Notes under the pieces: model-generated | Database searches by the model: none | The model's input: the letters and a program-made list of their open reading frames with translations, nothing else | What the model was told of the DNA's origin: nothing | Assembly (NCBI GenBank): GCA_963788095.1 | Contig: CAWBFP010000034.1 | Span: 25,540 to 89,539 of the forward strand | Origin: an uncultured Alphaproteobacteria bacterium | GTDB taxonomy: Bacteria; Pseudomonadota; Alphaproteobacteria; Rhizobiales; Xanthobacteraceae | Direction of reading: 5' to 3' | DNA: 64,000 bases | Shown: piece after piece, positions 53,915 to 63,891 of the stretch | How positions within the stretch are numbered: the first letter of the stretch is position 1 | How the letters are laid out: each line of letters opens with the position of its first letter | Program-made: the position numbers and the translations under genes

Positions 53915-54697
53915 TTATCCCTTCAGCAGCGCGAGCGCCGCCGCGTGTGCGCGGCGGTCGCCGGCGGCAACGATGCGGCCGCCGTTGGCGGCGGGACCGC
54001 CCTCCCAGGTGGTGATGATCCCGCCGGCGCCGGTGATGATCGGAATGAGCGCGACGATGTCGTGCGGCTTGAGGCCGGTCTCGATCACCAGGTCGACGTG
54101 CCCGGCGGCCAGCATGGCATAGCAGTAGCAATCGCCGCCGTAGCGCGGCAGCCGCACCGCGCTCTGCACCCGATCGAACGCTTGCCGGTCGGCTTCGCTC
54201 ATCAGCAGCGGACTGGTGGTGAACAGCACCGCATCGGCAAGGTCGCCGCATTCGCGCACCATCAGGCTGCGGTCGCCGGCGGGCCCGCGATAGCGCGCGG
54301 CGCCGCCGTCGCCGGAAAAGCGCTCGCGCGTGAACGGCTGATGCATCATTCCGAACGCCGGCACGCCGTGGCGGGCAAGCCCGATCAGGGTGCCCCAGGC
54401 CGGCATGCCCGAGATGAAGGATTTGGTGCCGTCGATTGGATCGAGCATCCAGACGTATTCGGCGTCGGTACGCTCGTTGCCGAATTCCTCGCCGACGATG
54501 CCGTGCTCCGGGAAAGTCTGCCGGATGAGCGCGCGCATGGCGGCTTCCGCCGCCCGATCGGCCGCCGTCACAGGATCGAAGCCGCGCCCGCGGGTCTTGT
54601 TCTCGACCCCGAGCGAGGTGCGGAAGAAGGGCAGGATCGCGTCGCCCGAAGCGGTCGCCAGCTGATCGACGAATGCGGCGAAGTCAACGGCCGTCAT
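53915..54697 (-). CDS. inositol monophosphatase family protein (likely histidinol-phosphatase HisN-type)
   Basis: IMPase motifs (WMLDPIDGT; GGDCYCYAMLAAGHVDLV). Confidence 0.8.
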   Translation of the reverse strand: MTAVDFAAFVDQLATASGDAILPFFRTSLGVENKTRGRGFDPVTAADRAAEAAMRALIRQTFPEHGIVGEEFGNERTDAEYVWMLDPIDGTKSFISGMPAWGTLIGLARHGVPAFGMMHQPFTRERFSGDGGAARYRGPAGDRSLMVRECGDLADAVLFTTSPLLMSEADRQAFDRVQSAVRLPRYGGDCYCYAMLAAGHVDLVIETGLKPHDIVALIPIITGAGGIITTWEGGPAANGGRIVAAGDRRAHAAALALLKG

Positions 54698-54794
54698 GCT
54701 TCCCCCGGGGCTCGCGGCGACCTTGCGCGTCTATAGGAGACGGCCGGGATCGGCAACCTTGCTTGCGAGGCTGCGGCCGTGCGACGAGATTCCA

Positions 54795-56057
54795 ATGGAG
54801 GCGCACGTCGAGGATCGCCGCGCGTTCGGGATGGCGACCGCAACGGTCGTGCTGGTGGTCGGGACACTGGGCGGGGCCTACATGGTCTCGCAGGCGCTTC
54901 GCAACTCGATCGGCGTGATCGCTCCCAACCTCGCGGCCGAGCTTGCCCTCTCGGCCGCCGAGATCGGGCTGTTGTCGAGCGCCTTCTTCGTGGCGTTTGC
55001 GGCGGCGCAAGTGCCGCTCGGCGTTTGCCTCGACCGCTTCGGCCCGAAGGCGTGCATGCTCGTCTGCAGCGGCATCGCCGTCATCGGCGCATTGTGGTTC
55101 GCGGTCGCGACCACCCCGCTCGGGCTCGTCAGCGCCCGCGCCCTGCTTGGGCTCGGCTCCTCCTGCTATCTGATGGCGCCGCTGGCGTTCTATGCGCGCC
55201 GCTTTCCGCCGTCGCGCTTCGGGCTATTCACCGGCATCCAGCTCGGGCTCGGCACGCTCGGCACCATCTTCGCGACTGCGCCGCTGGCCTGGTCCGCGGC
55301 GGCGGTCGGCTGGCGCGCGACCTTCGTGCTGATCGCGGCCGCCATGGCGCTCGCGGGCGTACTGCTGGCGCTCGTCGTGCCCGGCGAGCCCGCCACGGCG
55401 GACGCATCCAAGCCCAGCGAGACGTTGCGTCAGAGCATCGCCGGCACCTTGCACGCGCTGCGGACGCCGTCGGTCGGCGCGCTGTTCCTGATGCAGATGT
55501 CCGCCTATTCGAGCTTCGTGCTGATCGCCGGTTTGTGGGGTGGCCCCTACCTCACGCACATCTACGGCTTCGGCCTGCAGGAGCGCGGCGATCTCCTGTT
55601 GCTCACGGCGGTCGGGCAGAGCGTCGGGTCTTTGGCCTGGGGACCGCTCGGCCGGCTGTTTGGCCACAAGATGCCGGTTCTCATCGGCTCCGCCCTGACG
55701 GTCGCCAGCCTGTTGGTGCCGGCCGTGGTGGGCAAGCTGCCGGCGGCAGCGCTGGTCGCCTGGCTCGGCACGTTCGGCCTGGTCAGCGCCTACACGGCCC
55801 TTCTGGTCGCGCACGGCAAGACGCTGTTCCCGCCGGCGCTCGTCGGTCGCGGCATGACGCTGCTCAATATCGGCACCATGGGCGGGGTGTTCGTCTCGCA
55901 GGCGATCACGGGCGCGATCATCGACCTGTTCCCGGCCCCAGGCGGCGCGTACCCGCTGGAAGCCTACCGAATCGTTTTTGCCGCGCAGGCGTTGTGGCTG
56001 GCAGCGACCATGATCCCGTACCTGTGGGCACGCGACCCGCATGCGAAATCTGTTTGA
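54795..56057 (+). CDS. MFS transporter
   Basis: 12-TM topology, MFS motif region (LDRFGPKACML); 420 aa. Confidence 0.8.
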   Translation: MEAHVEDRRAFGMATATVVLVVGTLGGAYMVSQALRNSIGVIAPNLAAELALSAAEIGLLSSAFFVAFAAAQVPLGVCLDRFGPKACMLVCSGIAVIGALWFAVATTPLGLVSARALLGLGSSCYLMAPLAFYARRFPPSRFGLFTGIQLGLGTLGTIFATAPLAWSAAAVGWRATFVLIAAAMALAGVLLALVVPGEPATADASKPSETLRQSIAGTLHALRTPSVGALFLMQMSAYSSFVLIAGLWGGPYLTHIYGFGLQERGDLLLLTAVGQSVGSLAWGPLGRLFGHKMPVLIGSALTVASLLVPAVVGKLPAAALVAWLGTFGLVSAYTALLVAHGKTLFPPALVGRGMTLLNIGTMGGVFVSQAITGAIIDLFPAPGGAYPLEAYRIVFAAQALWLAATMIPYLWARDPHAKSV

Positions 56058-56234
56058 TAATTCGATCAATGAGTTGACCCGCGCGATGGGCAGCCGGGCC
56101 CGGCAGCCCTCTTGCCTTTTGTGCGGCGCAATGTCATATTTTGCGTTGCGGTAGCTGTGCTGCCGCTGCCCTCCTTGGGCGTTTCCTCCCTAGACTTGGC
56201 CGCCATTCGCTGGCGGCCTTTTTTTCCCGGCCGC

Positions 56235-57125
56235 CTATTCGGCCGCGGCCCGATACGGGCGCAGCTCTTCGGTCGGCACCGCGGCCAGCCGGTCCGCCAT
56301 GGTGACCAGGTCGGCGGCCAGCCGCGCGAACGAGCCGCCGCGCACGAACCGGCGCTCGTCCATGTAAAGCGCCCGGTTGACCTCGAGCTGGACCGAATGC
56401 AGCCCGCTTGCCGGGTTGCCGTAGTGCTCGGTGATGAACCCGCCCGCGTACGGCTTGTTGCGATTGACCGAGTAGCCGAGGCCGTGAAGCGTCTCCTCCA
56501 TGGTGTCGGCGACCACGCCGACGCAGCTGGTGCCGTAGCGATCGCCGATCACGATGTCGGCGCGCGGCCGATCGTCCTTGGCGCCGACCGCCGACGGCAT
56601 CGAGTGGCAATCGACCAGCACGGCCGCGCCGAAGTCGCGATGGATGCGGCTCATCAGGCGACGCAGCGCGCGGTGGTAGGGCTTGTACAGCCCCTCGATA
56701 CGCCGCAAGGCTTCATTCACCGGCAGCCGCTCGTGGTAGATCTCCTGCGCCTCGCCGACCACGCGGGCGACGGTCCCGAGACCGCCCGCCACCCGCATCG
56801 AGCGGGTGTTGGCGAACGACGGCAGTCGCCCGTCGAACATGCGCGGATCGAGCTCGTAGGGCTCGCGATTGACGTCGACATAGCAGCGCGGGAAGTGGGC
56901 GCGCATGAGCGGATGCCCGCGTCGCACCACTCCGGCGAACAGTTCGTCGACGAAGCTGTCCTCCGAGCGCCGCAAGGTCGCGAGGTCGAGCCGCGCCGCC
57001 GCCAGGAAGGCGGGCGGGTAGACGCGGCCGCTATGGGGCGAATTGAAGACCACGGGGCTGCGCCACTCGACGGGCTCGAGGATCTCGAACGGCGGATCGA
57101 GTTCGGCTTCGAAACGGTCGCTCAT
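56235..57125 (-). CDS. N-formylglutamate amidohydrolase family protein
   Basis: 296 aa; FGase family signatures (NSPHSGRVYP..; VDCHSMPS). Confidence 0.7.
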   Translation of the reverse strand: MSDRFEAELDPPFEILEPVEWRSPVVFNSPHSGRVYPPAFLAAARLDLATLRRSEDSFVDELFAGVVRRGHPLMRAHFPRCYVDVNREPYELDPRMFDGRLPSFANTRSMRVAGGLGTVARVVGEAQEIYHERLPVNEALRRIEGLYKPYHRALRRLMSRIHRDFGAAVLVDCHSMPSAVGAKDDRPRADIVIGDRYGTSCVGVVADTMEETLHGLGYSVNRNKPYAGGFITEHYGNPASGLHSVQLEVNRALYMDERRFVRGGSFARLAADLVTMADRLAAVPTEELRPYRAAAE

Positions 57126-57309
57126 GGGCGGAAGTCTGTTCCCGGAGGGCCAACTGAAGACGGGGGCACGTCCGGTCGTCTAGCCTCTTTCGCGGCTGAT
57201 TGTCCATCGGCCGCGGGCGCCGCAAGGCGGCGCCTTCACCGCATATTTACCCGGCATCCGGCTTATGGAATCAAATGCCTTGACGCGGTCCGCCCGCCTT
57301 GAGCCTGCC

Positions 57310-57669
57310 ATGACCAAGATCCTCCTCGCCGAAGACGACAACGACATGCGCCGCTTCCTGGTCAAAGCCCTGGAGCAGGCCGGCTATGCGGTGATCTCAT
57401 ACGACAACGGGCTCTCCGCCTACCACCGCCTGCGGGAGGAACCATTCGAGCTGCTGCTCACCGACATCGTAATGCCGGAGATGGACGGCATCGAGCTCGC
57501 CCGCCGGGCCTCGGAGCTCGACCCGGACATCAAGATCATGTTCATCACCGGCTTCGCGGCAGTCGCGCTCAACCCCAACTCGCAGGCCCCCAAGGACGCC
57601 AAGGTGCTCTCCAAGCCGTTCCACCTGCGCGACCTTGTGAACGAAGTGCAGAAGGTATTGGCGGCCTGA
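57310..57669 (+). CDS. cpdR: single-domain response regulator CpdR
   Basis: MTKILLAEDDNDMRRFLVKALEQAGYAVISYDNGLSAYHRLREEPFELLLTDIVMPEMDGIELARRA.. near-identical to alphaproteobacterial CpdR; phospho-Asp in LLLTDIVMP. Confidence 0.85.
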   Translation: MTKILLAEDDNDMRRFLVKALEQAGYAVISYDNGLSAYHRLREEPFELLLTDIVMPEMDGIELARRASELDPDIKIMFITGFAAVALNPNSQAPKDAKVLSKPFHLRDLVNEVQKVLAA

Positions 57670-57755
57670 ACGGCCGAACGGCCACCCGCCGGCGCGCTTG
57701 CCTCCATGGCGCCGAGCCGATAAGACGAACCCAAGCCCCACGAACGCTTTGGTCC

Positions 57756-57830
57756 GGGCGCGTAGCTCAGCGGGAGAGCACTACGTTGACATCGTAGGGG
57801 TCGCTGGTTCGATCCCAGCCGCGCCCACCA
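57756..57830 (+). tRNA. tRNA-Val (anticodon GAC)
   Basis: Cloverleaf folded by eye: acceptor GGGCGCG/CGCGCCC, D-arm GCTC-AGCGGGA-GAGC, anticodon stem CTACG/CGTAG with loop TTGACAT, T-arm GCTGG-TTCGATC-CCAGC, 3' ACCA encoded. Confidence 0.85.
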
Positions 57831-58073
57831 TCTTCGCGCATTGATCTTTTCTATCGATAGCTTGGCACCGCCTCGAGCGTGATGTTGCGCTTCTCGGTGA
57901 AGCGATCACGTCGGTGTGATCCTTCGAACCGCTCTCTCCCGCGCTTCAGACTAACGATCGGTCGAAATTCCCCCTCAGCGGAGGGGGACGGGGAAACGCC
58001 GGGCAATTTCACGCGCTCGGGACGCGCGAGTCTCCGGGCTCGGAATGCCGGTCAGCGAGAGGAGGCAATCATC

Positions 58074-59390
58074 ATGGGCGACGCGTCTGTTCCAATCGTG
58101 ATCGATACAAACGTCTTCATAAACATTGCTGAGGGCAACAGCCAGGCAGCGGAAGCGCTGACGCGCCATCGCAAATCTGGAACGCCACTCTACATCGCGC
58201 GCCAAGCCTATCGCGAGCTGGTGATCGAAGCGCGAACGCCGCGCCAGCGCGTCCTCTGGCGCCGGATGCTCAGGGATCTCAAGATCCACGTCGCGCCCAA
58301 GGGACCCAAGAGCCGTGACGCGGAATTTATCAAGAAAGCTCGCATTGAGATGTTGAGCGCTCGCGCGGATATCTATCAACGCAACATTGAGCGGCAGACC
58401 GTTCCTATGGCGCTGGACTACAAGCCGAGGGGTGGGCTCGAGCAATTCAAAGGCGTGAAAGGCCGCCCCCACAAGGAGGATCTCAGTCGGCGTGGCGACC
58501 TGTTCGTGGCTGCGGAAGCACACGGGTTGAAAGCCCGGTTCTGGACGCTCGACCAGAGAGCCGCCACGCGGGCTGCCCAGGTGGGCGTGCAGATCGCGCC
58601 AGAATCCAACATCCCCAGCGTCGCCGGTACGGAGGACCTCGCCGCCGCGAGGAAGCTGCTGCTCGGCACCGAGCGCAAGCAGAAGCCCCACGTCCGCGGG
58701 AAGGCGGCCGGCGGTAGCTCGACGCCGGCGACGGCAGGAGGTCGGGCTGGCGGAGCTGTGCCGAGCGCTCGGGCGACCCCCAAGATCAAGCCGTCGGCGA
58801 AGCCGGTCGCAGCGAAAAGTCCCGGCGGTCGCCTCGGGGGTGGAGGCATGGGTACCGTTTTTGCCGAAGCCATCTTCTCGGGTCGTGAAAAGCAGTACCA
58901 GGCGAACGTGCAGGCCCACGTTCAAGAGAAGCTCAAGGAAGTTGATGGCGTGGTGGCGCAGAGGTTAGCCGCACGAAAGGACGAAATCATCAAAGTGCAG
59001 CTGCGGACCGATCCCGGCGAAAAGGTGTTTGCCAATGTCAGGATACGCATTCACTGGCTGATTTGGCCGGAAGTCAAAATCGAGGACATCAATATCACGA
59101 CGAGAGAAGAAACGAGCGAGAGGAATCTTGGCGTCAAGCGCATCAAAGAGGATTACGGCGCGACGATAAATCGCGAGGTGACGGAGCACGTCTATTCGTT
59201 TGAGGTTTTCGTCTTCTCCGACGAGGAGATGAACACCTTCAGGGAGCTGACCGGCGAGTATCTGTCGCACAAGCGAAGGCTCGACATGCTTCCCTACGAT
59301 GCGATCATCGCAGAGGACGCGGACGAGGTCCTGCGGGAGATAAAGGAGAGCTTCGGGTCAGACCTCTGGTTCCTCGACAAGTCGTACTAG
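58074..59390 (+). CDS. 438-aa protein: N-terminal PIN nuclease domain, long Lys/Ala/Gly/Pro-rich low-complexity linker, ~150-aa C-terminal domain of unknown function
   Basis: PIN signature PIVIDTNVFINIAEGN (Asp in first strand) plus downstream acidic residues (YRELVIEA, DLFVAAEA, FWTLDQRA); strong RBS gagaggagg; lower GC than neighbours; directly 3' of tRNA-Val. Confidence 0.55.
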   Translation: MGDASVPIVIDTNVFINIAEGNSQAAEALTRHRKSGTPLYIARQAYRELVIEARTPRQRVLWRRMLRDLKIHVAPKGPKSRDAEFIKKARIEMLSARADIYQRNIERQTVPMALDYKPRGGLEQFKGVKGRPHKEDLSRRGDLFVAAEAHGLKARFWTLDQRAATRAAQVGVQIAPESNIPSVAGTEDLAAARKLLLGTERKQKPHVRGKAAGGSSTPATAGGRAGGAVPSARATPKIKPSAKPVAAKSPGGRLGGGGMGTVFAEAIFSGREKQYQANVQAHVQEKLKEVDGVVAQRLAARKDEIIKVQLRTDPGEKVFANVRIRIHWLIWPEVKIEDINITTREETSERNLGVKRIKEDYGATINREVTEHVYSFEVFVFSDEEMNTFRELTGEYLSHKRRLDMLPYDAIIAEDADEVLREIKESFGSDLWFLDKSY

Positions 59391-59392
59391 AG

Positions 59393-59480
59393 CAATTGTC
59401 GCTTGCGCCAAATCACCTCTCCCCAACGCGGAGAGGTGGCGCAGCGGCGCTGCCATGCACCATCACCACTGGGAAATGCG
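59393..59480. repeat. 85-bp palindromic repeat element (compact member of the family at 53676-53895)
   Basis: caattgtcgcttgcgccaaatcacctctccccaacgcggagaggtggcgcagcggcgctgccatgcaccatcaccactgggaaatg; immediately 3' of PIN gene stop. Confidence 0.7.
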
Positions 59481-59602
59481 CTAGTCTTACTGCGTAGTAC
59501 TAGCTACCGTACCATCGCCGGAGTCACGCTCGACGCGATCACGCTTTTCTTTCGAGCGGCCGCGTGCTGCGCTTGGGGCGGTTGTCGAACGCGCGCCAAG
59601 CG

Positions 59603-61045
59603 ATGAGCTCACCTCGAAGGCCGACATTCGCCGCGAGCCTGATTGCCGTCGTGCCGCCCGGACACGGGACGGCAGAGGCCGCGACCGGTCTCGACGGCTC
59701 GGCACTTTCATGGCCGTGGGCGCTGCCGTTCATCGGCATCCTGCTGTCGATTGCGGCCGGGCCGCTGTTGTTTCCCAAGCTCTGGCATCGCCACTACCCG
59801 ACGATCTGTGCGGGCTGGGTGGCGCTGCTGCTGGTGGCGCTTGCACTGGGGCATGGGCCGTCGATCGCGTGGAGCGCCTTCGTGCATGCCATGCTGGCCG
59901 AGTATCTGAGCTTCATCGTCGTGCTGTTCGCGCTCTACGTGGTGGCGGGCGGCATCCGGGTGACCGGAACGCTGCGAGGCACGCCGCTTGCGAACGCCGG
60001 CCTGCTGGCGCTCGGCACGGCCATGGCGAGCCTGGTCGGGACGACCGGCGCGGCGATGATCCTGATCCGTCCGCTGCTGCGCGCGAACGCGGGGCGCCGT
60101 CACAACCTGCACGTCGTCGTGTTCTTCATCCTGCTGGTCGCCAATATCGGCGGCGCGCTCAGCCCGCTGGGCGATCCGCCGCTGTTCGTCGGCTTCCTGC
60201 GCGGCATCGATTTCTTCTGGCCGGCGCGGCACCTGTGGATGCAGACGGCCATCACCGCCGCGTTGGTGCTCGGCATATTCCTGCTGCTCGATCTCTGGCT
60301 CGCGCGCGGCGATCGGCCGAACCTGCGCGCGTCCGATCACCCGCGTGACCCGATCCGGGTCAAGGGCGGCATCAACTTCGTGCTCACCGGCCTCATCATC
60401 GGCTGCATCCTGCTGTCGGCGGCGTGGCGTCCGGACATCGGCTTGCGCATCTTCGGCACCTGGGTGGCGCTGCAAAGTCTCGTGCGCGATGGCGCGCTCA
60501 TCCTCATTGCCTTCTTGTCGCTGTGGTTGACCCCGGAGGAGCACCGCGCAGCCAACGGGTTCACCTGGGAACCGATCCGCGAGGTCGCGATCCTGTTCGC
60601 CGGCATCTTCGTCACGATCATTCCGGTCCTGGCGGCGCTGGAAGCCGGCCCCCGCGGCCTGTTCGCGGCGCTGCTGCGGGCGATCACGCATCCCGACGGG
60701 ACCCCCAACGAGGTGGCGTATTTCTGGCTGACCGGCGCCCTTTCGGCTTTCCTCGACAATGCGCCGACATATCTCGTGTTCTTCGAGTTAGCCGGCGGCG
60801 ATCCGCAAGCCCTGATGGGGCCGCTCGCCGGCACGCTGGCGGCGATCTCGCTCGGCGCCGTCGACATGGGCGCGCTCACCTATCTCGGGAACGCACCGAA
60901 CTTCATGGTGTATGCGATCGCGACCGAGAACGGCGTCAAGATGCCGAGCTTCTTCGGTTACCTGTTGTGGGCGTCGCTGGTGCTGCTCCCGATCTTCGCC
61001 CTGCTCACGCTGCTGCCGATCGCGCCAATTCTGAGGTTGTCTTGA
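59603..61045 (+). CDS. ArsB/NhaD-superfamily permease (putative Na+/H+ antiporter-like)
   Basis: Polytopic membrane protein, conserved SAFLDNAPT motif shared with downstream paralog. Confidence 0.65.
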   Translation: MSSPRRPTFAASLIAVVPPGHGTAEAATGLDGSALSWPWALPFIGILLSIAAGPLLFPKLWHRHYPTICAGWVALLLVALALGHGPSIAWSAFVHAMLAEYLSFIVVLFALYVVAGGIRVTGTLRGTPLANAGLLALGTAMASLVGTTGAAMILIRPLLRANAGRRHNLHVVVFFILLVANIGGALSPLGDPPLFVGFLRGIDFFWPARHLWMQTAITAALVLGIFLLLDLWLARGDRPNLRASDHPRDPIRVKGGINFVLTGLIIGCILLSAAWRPDIGLRIFGTWVALQSLVRDGALILIAFLSLWLTPEEHRAANGFTWEPIREVAILFAGIFVTIIPVLAALEAGPRGLFAALLRAITHPDGTPNEVAYFWLTGALSAFLDNAPTYLVFFELAGGDPQALMGPLAGTLAAISLGAVDMGALTYLGNAPNFMVYAIATENGVKMPSFFGYLLWASLVLLPIFALLTLLPIAPILRLS

Positions 61046-61152
61046 CTAGCCGGCCGCGTTGCCGGACCTTGCCGGCCGTCAGAATGGAGGTGCGGGAATA
61101 GGCCCGGTCCGCGCGGACCGACTGCGACCGCCTTGCCGGATCGGGGACGCGC

Positions 61153-62556
61153 ATGGGCGGTCGGGCGGGTTCGAGTGTTCGCGGTGAGCCGAGCCGGGTC
61201 CAGCGCCGGGCAATCGGCTTGATAGTGGCGGCCGTCCCGAGCTTGCTCGCCGCGCCCGCCGTCGCGGCTGCCAGCCCCGGCGCGTCGGCGATCGAGCCCC
61301 TGTACTTCTTCGGGATCCCGGTCGATTTCATCCTGTTCGGGCTGACCCTGATCGGCGTCGCGGTCTTCCACCATCACACGCTCGCGGTCGCGCTCGCCGG
61401 ACTGGCCGCGATCACCGTCTACAAGCTCGCCTTCACCGGTTTCAAATTCGGCTTGGGTTTCGCGGGGCTCGGCCTCCACCTGCAGCACGAGTGGGTGATC
61501 CTGGCCAACCTGTTCCTGCTGCTGATGGGTTTTGCGCTGCTCTCCCGCCACTTCGAAAACAGCCGCGTGCCGGACGAAATGCCGGCACTGCTGCCCGACG
61601 ACTGGAAGGGCGCCTTCGCGCTGCTCGTGATCGTCGCCGTGGTGTCGAGCTTTCTCGACAATATCGCGGCCGCGTTGATCGGCGGCACGATGGCGCGTCA
61701 CGTGTTCAGGGGACGCGTCCACATCGGCTATCTGGCGGCGATCGTCGCCGCCTCGAATGCCGGCGGGTCGGGCAGCGTCGTCGGCGACACCACCACCACC
61801 ATGATGTGGATCGACGGGGTGAGCCCATTGAGCGTGCTCGAGGCTTACGTCGCGGCTTCGGTCGCCATTCTGATCTTCGGGGTACCGGCGGCGTTGCAGC
61901 AGCACCGCTATTCTCCGATCGTGCGGGAGCCGCCGCAGGGCCTGCGCATCGATTGGGTTCGCGTCGCGATCGTCGCCGCCATTCTGGTCGCCGCCATTCT
62001 GGCGAACGTGGTTGCCAACCTGCGATTCCCCGCGCTGCTCGACGCCGTCCCGGTGATCGGGCTCTCGGTGTGGGTCGTCATTCTGCTCGCCGCGCCGCTG
62101 CGACGGCCCGACTGGGAGATCATGCCCGAGACCTTCAAGGGCACGATCTTCCTGCTCGCCCTGGTGACGTCGGCCTCGATGATGCCGGTCGAGAAGCTGC
62201 CCGCCGCCTCCTGGCAGACGGCGCTCGGTCTCGGCTTCGTCTCGGCGGTGTTCGACAACATCCCGCTCACCGCGCTCGCGCTCAAGCAAGGCGGCTACGA
62301 TTGGGGCTACCTTGCCTACGCGGTCGGCTTCGGCGGCTCGATGATCTGGTTCGGCTCGTCGGCGGGCGTTGCGCTCGCCAACATGTACCCGGAAGCGAAA
62401 TCGGTCGGCCTGTGGCTGCGGCACGGCTGGCATGTCGCGGTCGCCTATGTGATCGGCTTCTTCGTCATGCTGGCGGTCGTCGGCTGGAGCCCCGATCCGC
62501 CGCATAAGAAAGCCGTCGAGCGGCTGCCGCCAACTGTGACCGTCTCCGTCACTTGA
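61153..62556 (+). CDS. ArsB/NhaD-superfamily permease, paralog of upstream gene
   Basis: SSFLDNIAAA motif, 467 aa polytopic membrane protein. Confidence 0.65.
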   Translation: MGGRAGSSVRGEPSRVQRRAIGLIVAAVPSLLAAPAVAAASPGASAIEPLYFFGIPVDFILFGLTLIGVAVFHHHTLAVALAGLAAITVYKLAFTGFKFGLGFAGLGLHLQHEWVILANLFLLLMGFALLSRHFENSRVPDEMPALLPDDWKGAFALLVIVAVVSSFLDNIAAALIGGTMARHVFRGRVHIGYLAAIVAASNAGGSGSVVGDTTTTMMWIDGVSPLSVLEAYVAASVAILIFGVPAALQQHRYSPIVREPPQGLRIDWVRVAIVAAILVAAILANVVANLRFPALLDAVPVIGLSVWVVILLAAPLRRPDWEIMPETFKGTIFLLALVTSASMMPVEKLPAASWQTALGLGFVSAVFDNIPLTALALKQGGYDWGYLAYAVGFGGSMIWFGSSAGVALANMYPEAKSVGLWLRHGWHVAVAYVIGFFVMLAVVGWSPDPPHKKAVERLPPTVTVSVT

Positions 62557-62571
62557 TCGTCTGGAGCGACC

Positions 62572-62898
62572 ATGGCCTGGATCTACCTGCTTGTTGCCGG
62601 ATTGCTCGAAGTCGCCTGGGCGATCGGTTTGAAATACACCGACGGCTTCACGCGCTTGTGGCCGAGTGCCTGGACGCTGGTCGCGATGGCGCTGAGCATG
62701 GTGTTTCTCGGCTTGGCGTTGCGCGCCTTGCCGGTCGGCACGGCCTATGCCGTGTGGGTCGGCATCGGCGCGGTCGGCACCGCGGCGCTGGGCATGATCT
62801 TGTTCGACGAGTCGCGCGACCCGCTGCGCGTACTCTGCCTCGGTCTGATCGTGGCCGGGGTCGTGGGATTGAAGCTGGTCACGCCTGACCCGACCTGA
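62572..62898 (+). CDS. sugE: SMR-family quaternary ammonium/guanidinium efflux protein SugE (Gdx)
   Basis: [26 protein letters not shown]...[30 protein letters not shown] near-identical pattern to E. coli SugE incl. essential Glu (LLEV). Confidence 0.85.
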   Translation: MAWIYLLVAGLLEVAWAIGLKYTDGFTRLWPSAWTLVAMALSMVFLGLALRALPVGTAYAVWVGIGAVGTAALGMILFDESRDPLRVLCLGLIVAGVVGLKLVTPDPT

Positions 62899-63029
62899 GG
62901 CAAGACGCTGCCAGGTAGCGGCGCGCCGGCCGATTGACAGTGACGATGCCCGTCCTTATGAACCGGCGCGACTTCTGATCAATTGCAAACGACAGGCGCC
63001 GTCGCAGGCGGCCGCGACAGGTTGGACCC

Positions 63030-63155
63030 ATGAAAGTGCGCAATTCGCTGAAATCGCTGCGGCGCCGGCATCGTGCCAATCGGCTCGTTCGCCGCAAAGG
63101 CCGCGTCTACGTCATCAACAAGCTGCAGAAGCGCTTCAAGGCGCGCCAAGGCTAG
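63030..63155 (+). CDS. rpmJ: 50S ribosomal protein L36
   Basis: 41 aa [41 protein letters not shown] (alphaproteobacterial zinc-less L36 type); below ORF-track size cutoff, found by reading. Confidence 0.85.
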   Translation: MKVRNSLKSLRRRHRANRLVRRKGRVYVINKLQKRFKARQG

Positions 63156-63212
63156 CGTCGGCCGCCCGATCGCGTCCTTGCCTGCGCGCGCCGGCGGCCT
63201 CATATTAGGCGC

Positions 63213-63851
63213 ATGGAATCGCCGTTGTCGCGGATCGGCTTGCTTGGGCTCGTCGCAGCGGCCTGCGCTGCGGCGATGCTGCTGCACACCCCACCGGCCG
63301 CCCGTGCACAGGCGGGCGGGTCGGCCGAGCCTCCTCCAGCCAAGCACCCCCGCCCGACCAACGTCGATCGCTCGCGCAACATCGAATTCCTGTTCGGGGC
63401 GCTGAAGGCGGCGCCCGATCCCGAATCCGCCAAGCTGGTCGAGAACCGCATCCTGACGCTCTGGCTGGTTTCCGGCAGCGACACTGCGGATCTGTTGATG
63501 ACGCGCGTGAAGACGGCGATCGACGCCAAGGAGTTCGATCTCGCGATCGAGCTGCTCAATGCCGTCGTCGAGATCAAGCCCGACTATGTGGAAGGATGGA
63601 ATCGGCGCGCCACCGTGCACTTCCTGAAGAAGGATTTCAGCGCGGCGATCGTCGACATTCGTCAGGTGCTGGCGCGCGAGCCGCGTCACTTCGGCGCGTT
63701 GGCCGGGCTCGGAATGATCATGCAGGAGCTCGGCGAGGACAAGCGCGCGCTCGAGGTGTTCCGCCGCGCGCTCGACGTCCACCCGCACCTGCAGCGCATC
63801 CCCGACCTGGTGAAGTCGCTGACCGAAAAGGTCGACGGCCGCGACATCTGA
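63213..63851 (+). CDS. secreted tetratricopeptide-repeat protein
   Basis: Signal peptide; TPR-like helical repeats (..AIELLNAVVEIKPDYVEGWNRRATVHFLKKDFSAAIVDIRQVLAREPRHFGALAGLGMIMQELGEDKRALEVFRRALDVHP). Confidence 0.55.
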   Translation: MESPLSRIGLLGLVAAACAAAMLLHTPPAARAQAGGSAEPPPAKHPRPTNVDRSRNIEFLFGALKAAPDPESAKLVENRILTLWLVSGSDTADLLMTRVKTAIDAKEFDLAIELLNAVVEIKPDYVEGWNRRATVHFLKKDFSAAIVDIRQVLAREPRHFGALAGLGMIMQELGEDKRALEVFRRALDVHPHLQRIPDLVKSLTEKVDGRDI

Positions 63852-63891
63852 CCCCGTTTCGCGGCGCCCTGCGGCAGCGCGGCCCGCCTCA

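Noticed and set aside
57879-58073. Upstream extension of the PIN-protein ORF (MMLRFSVKRS...)
   Set aside because: There is no RBS. The extension is Arg-rich and overlaps the tRNA-flanking region. ATG at 58074 has a strong gagaggagg RBS.
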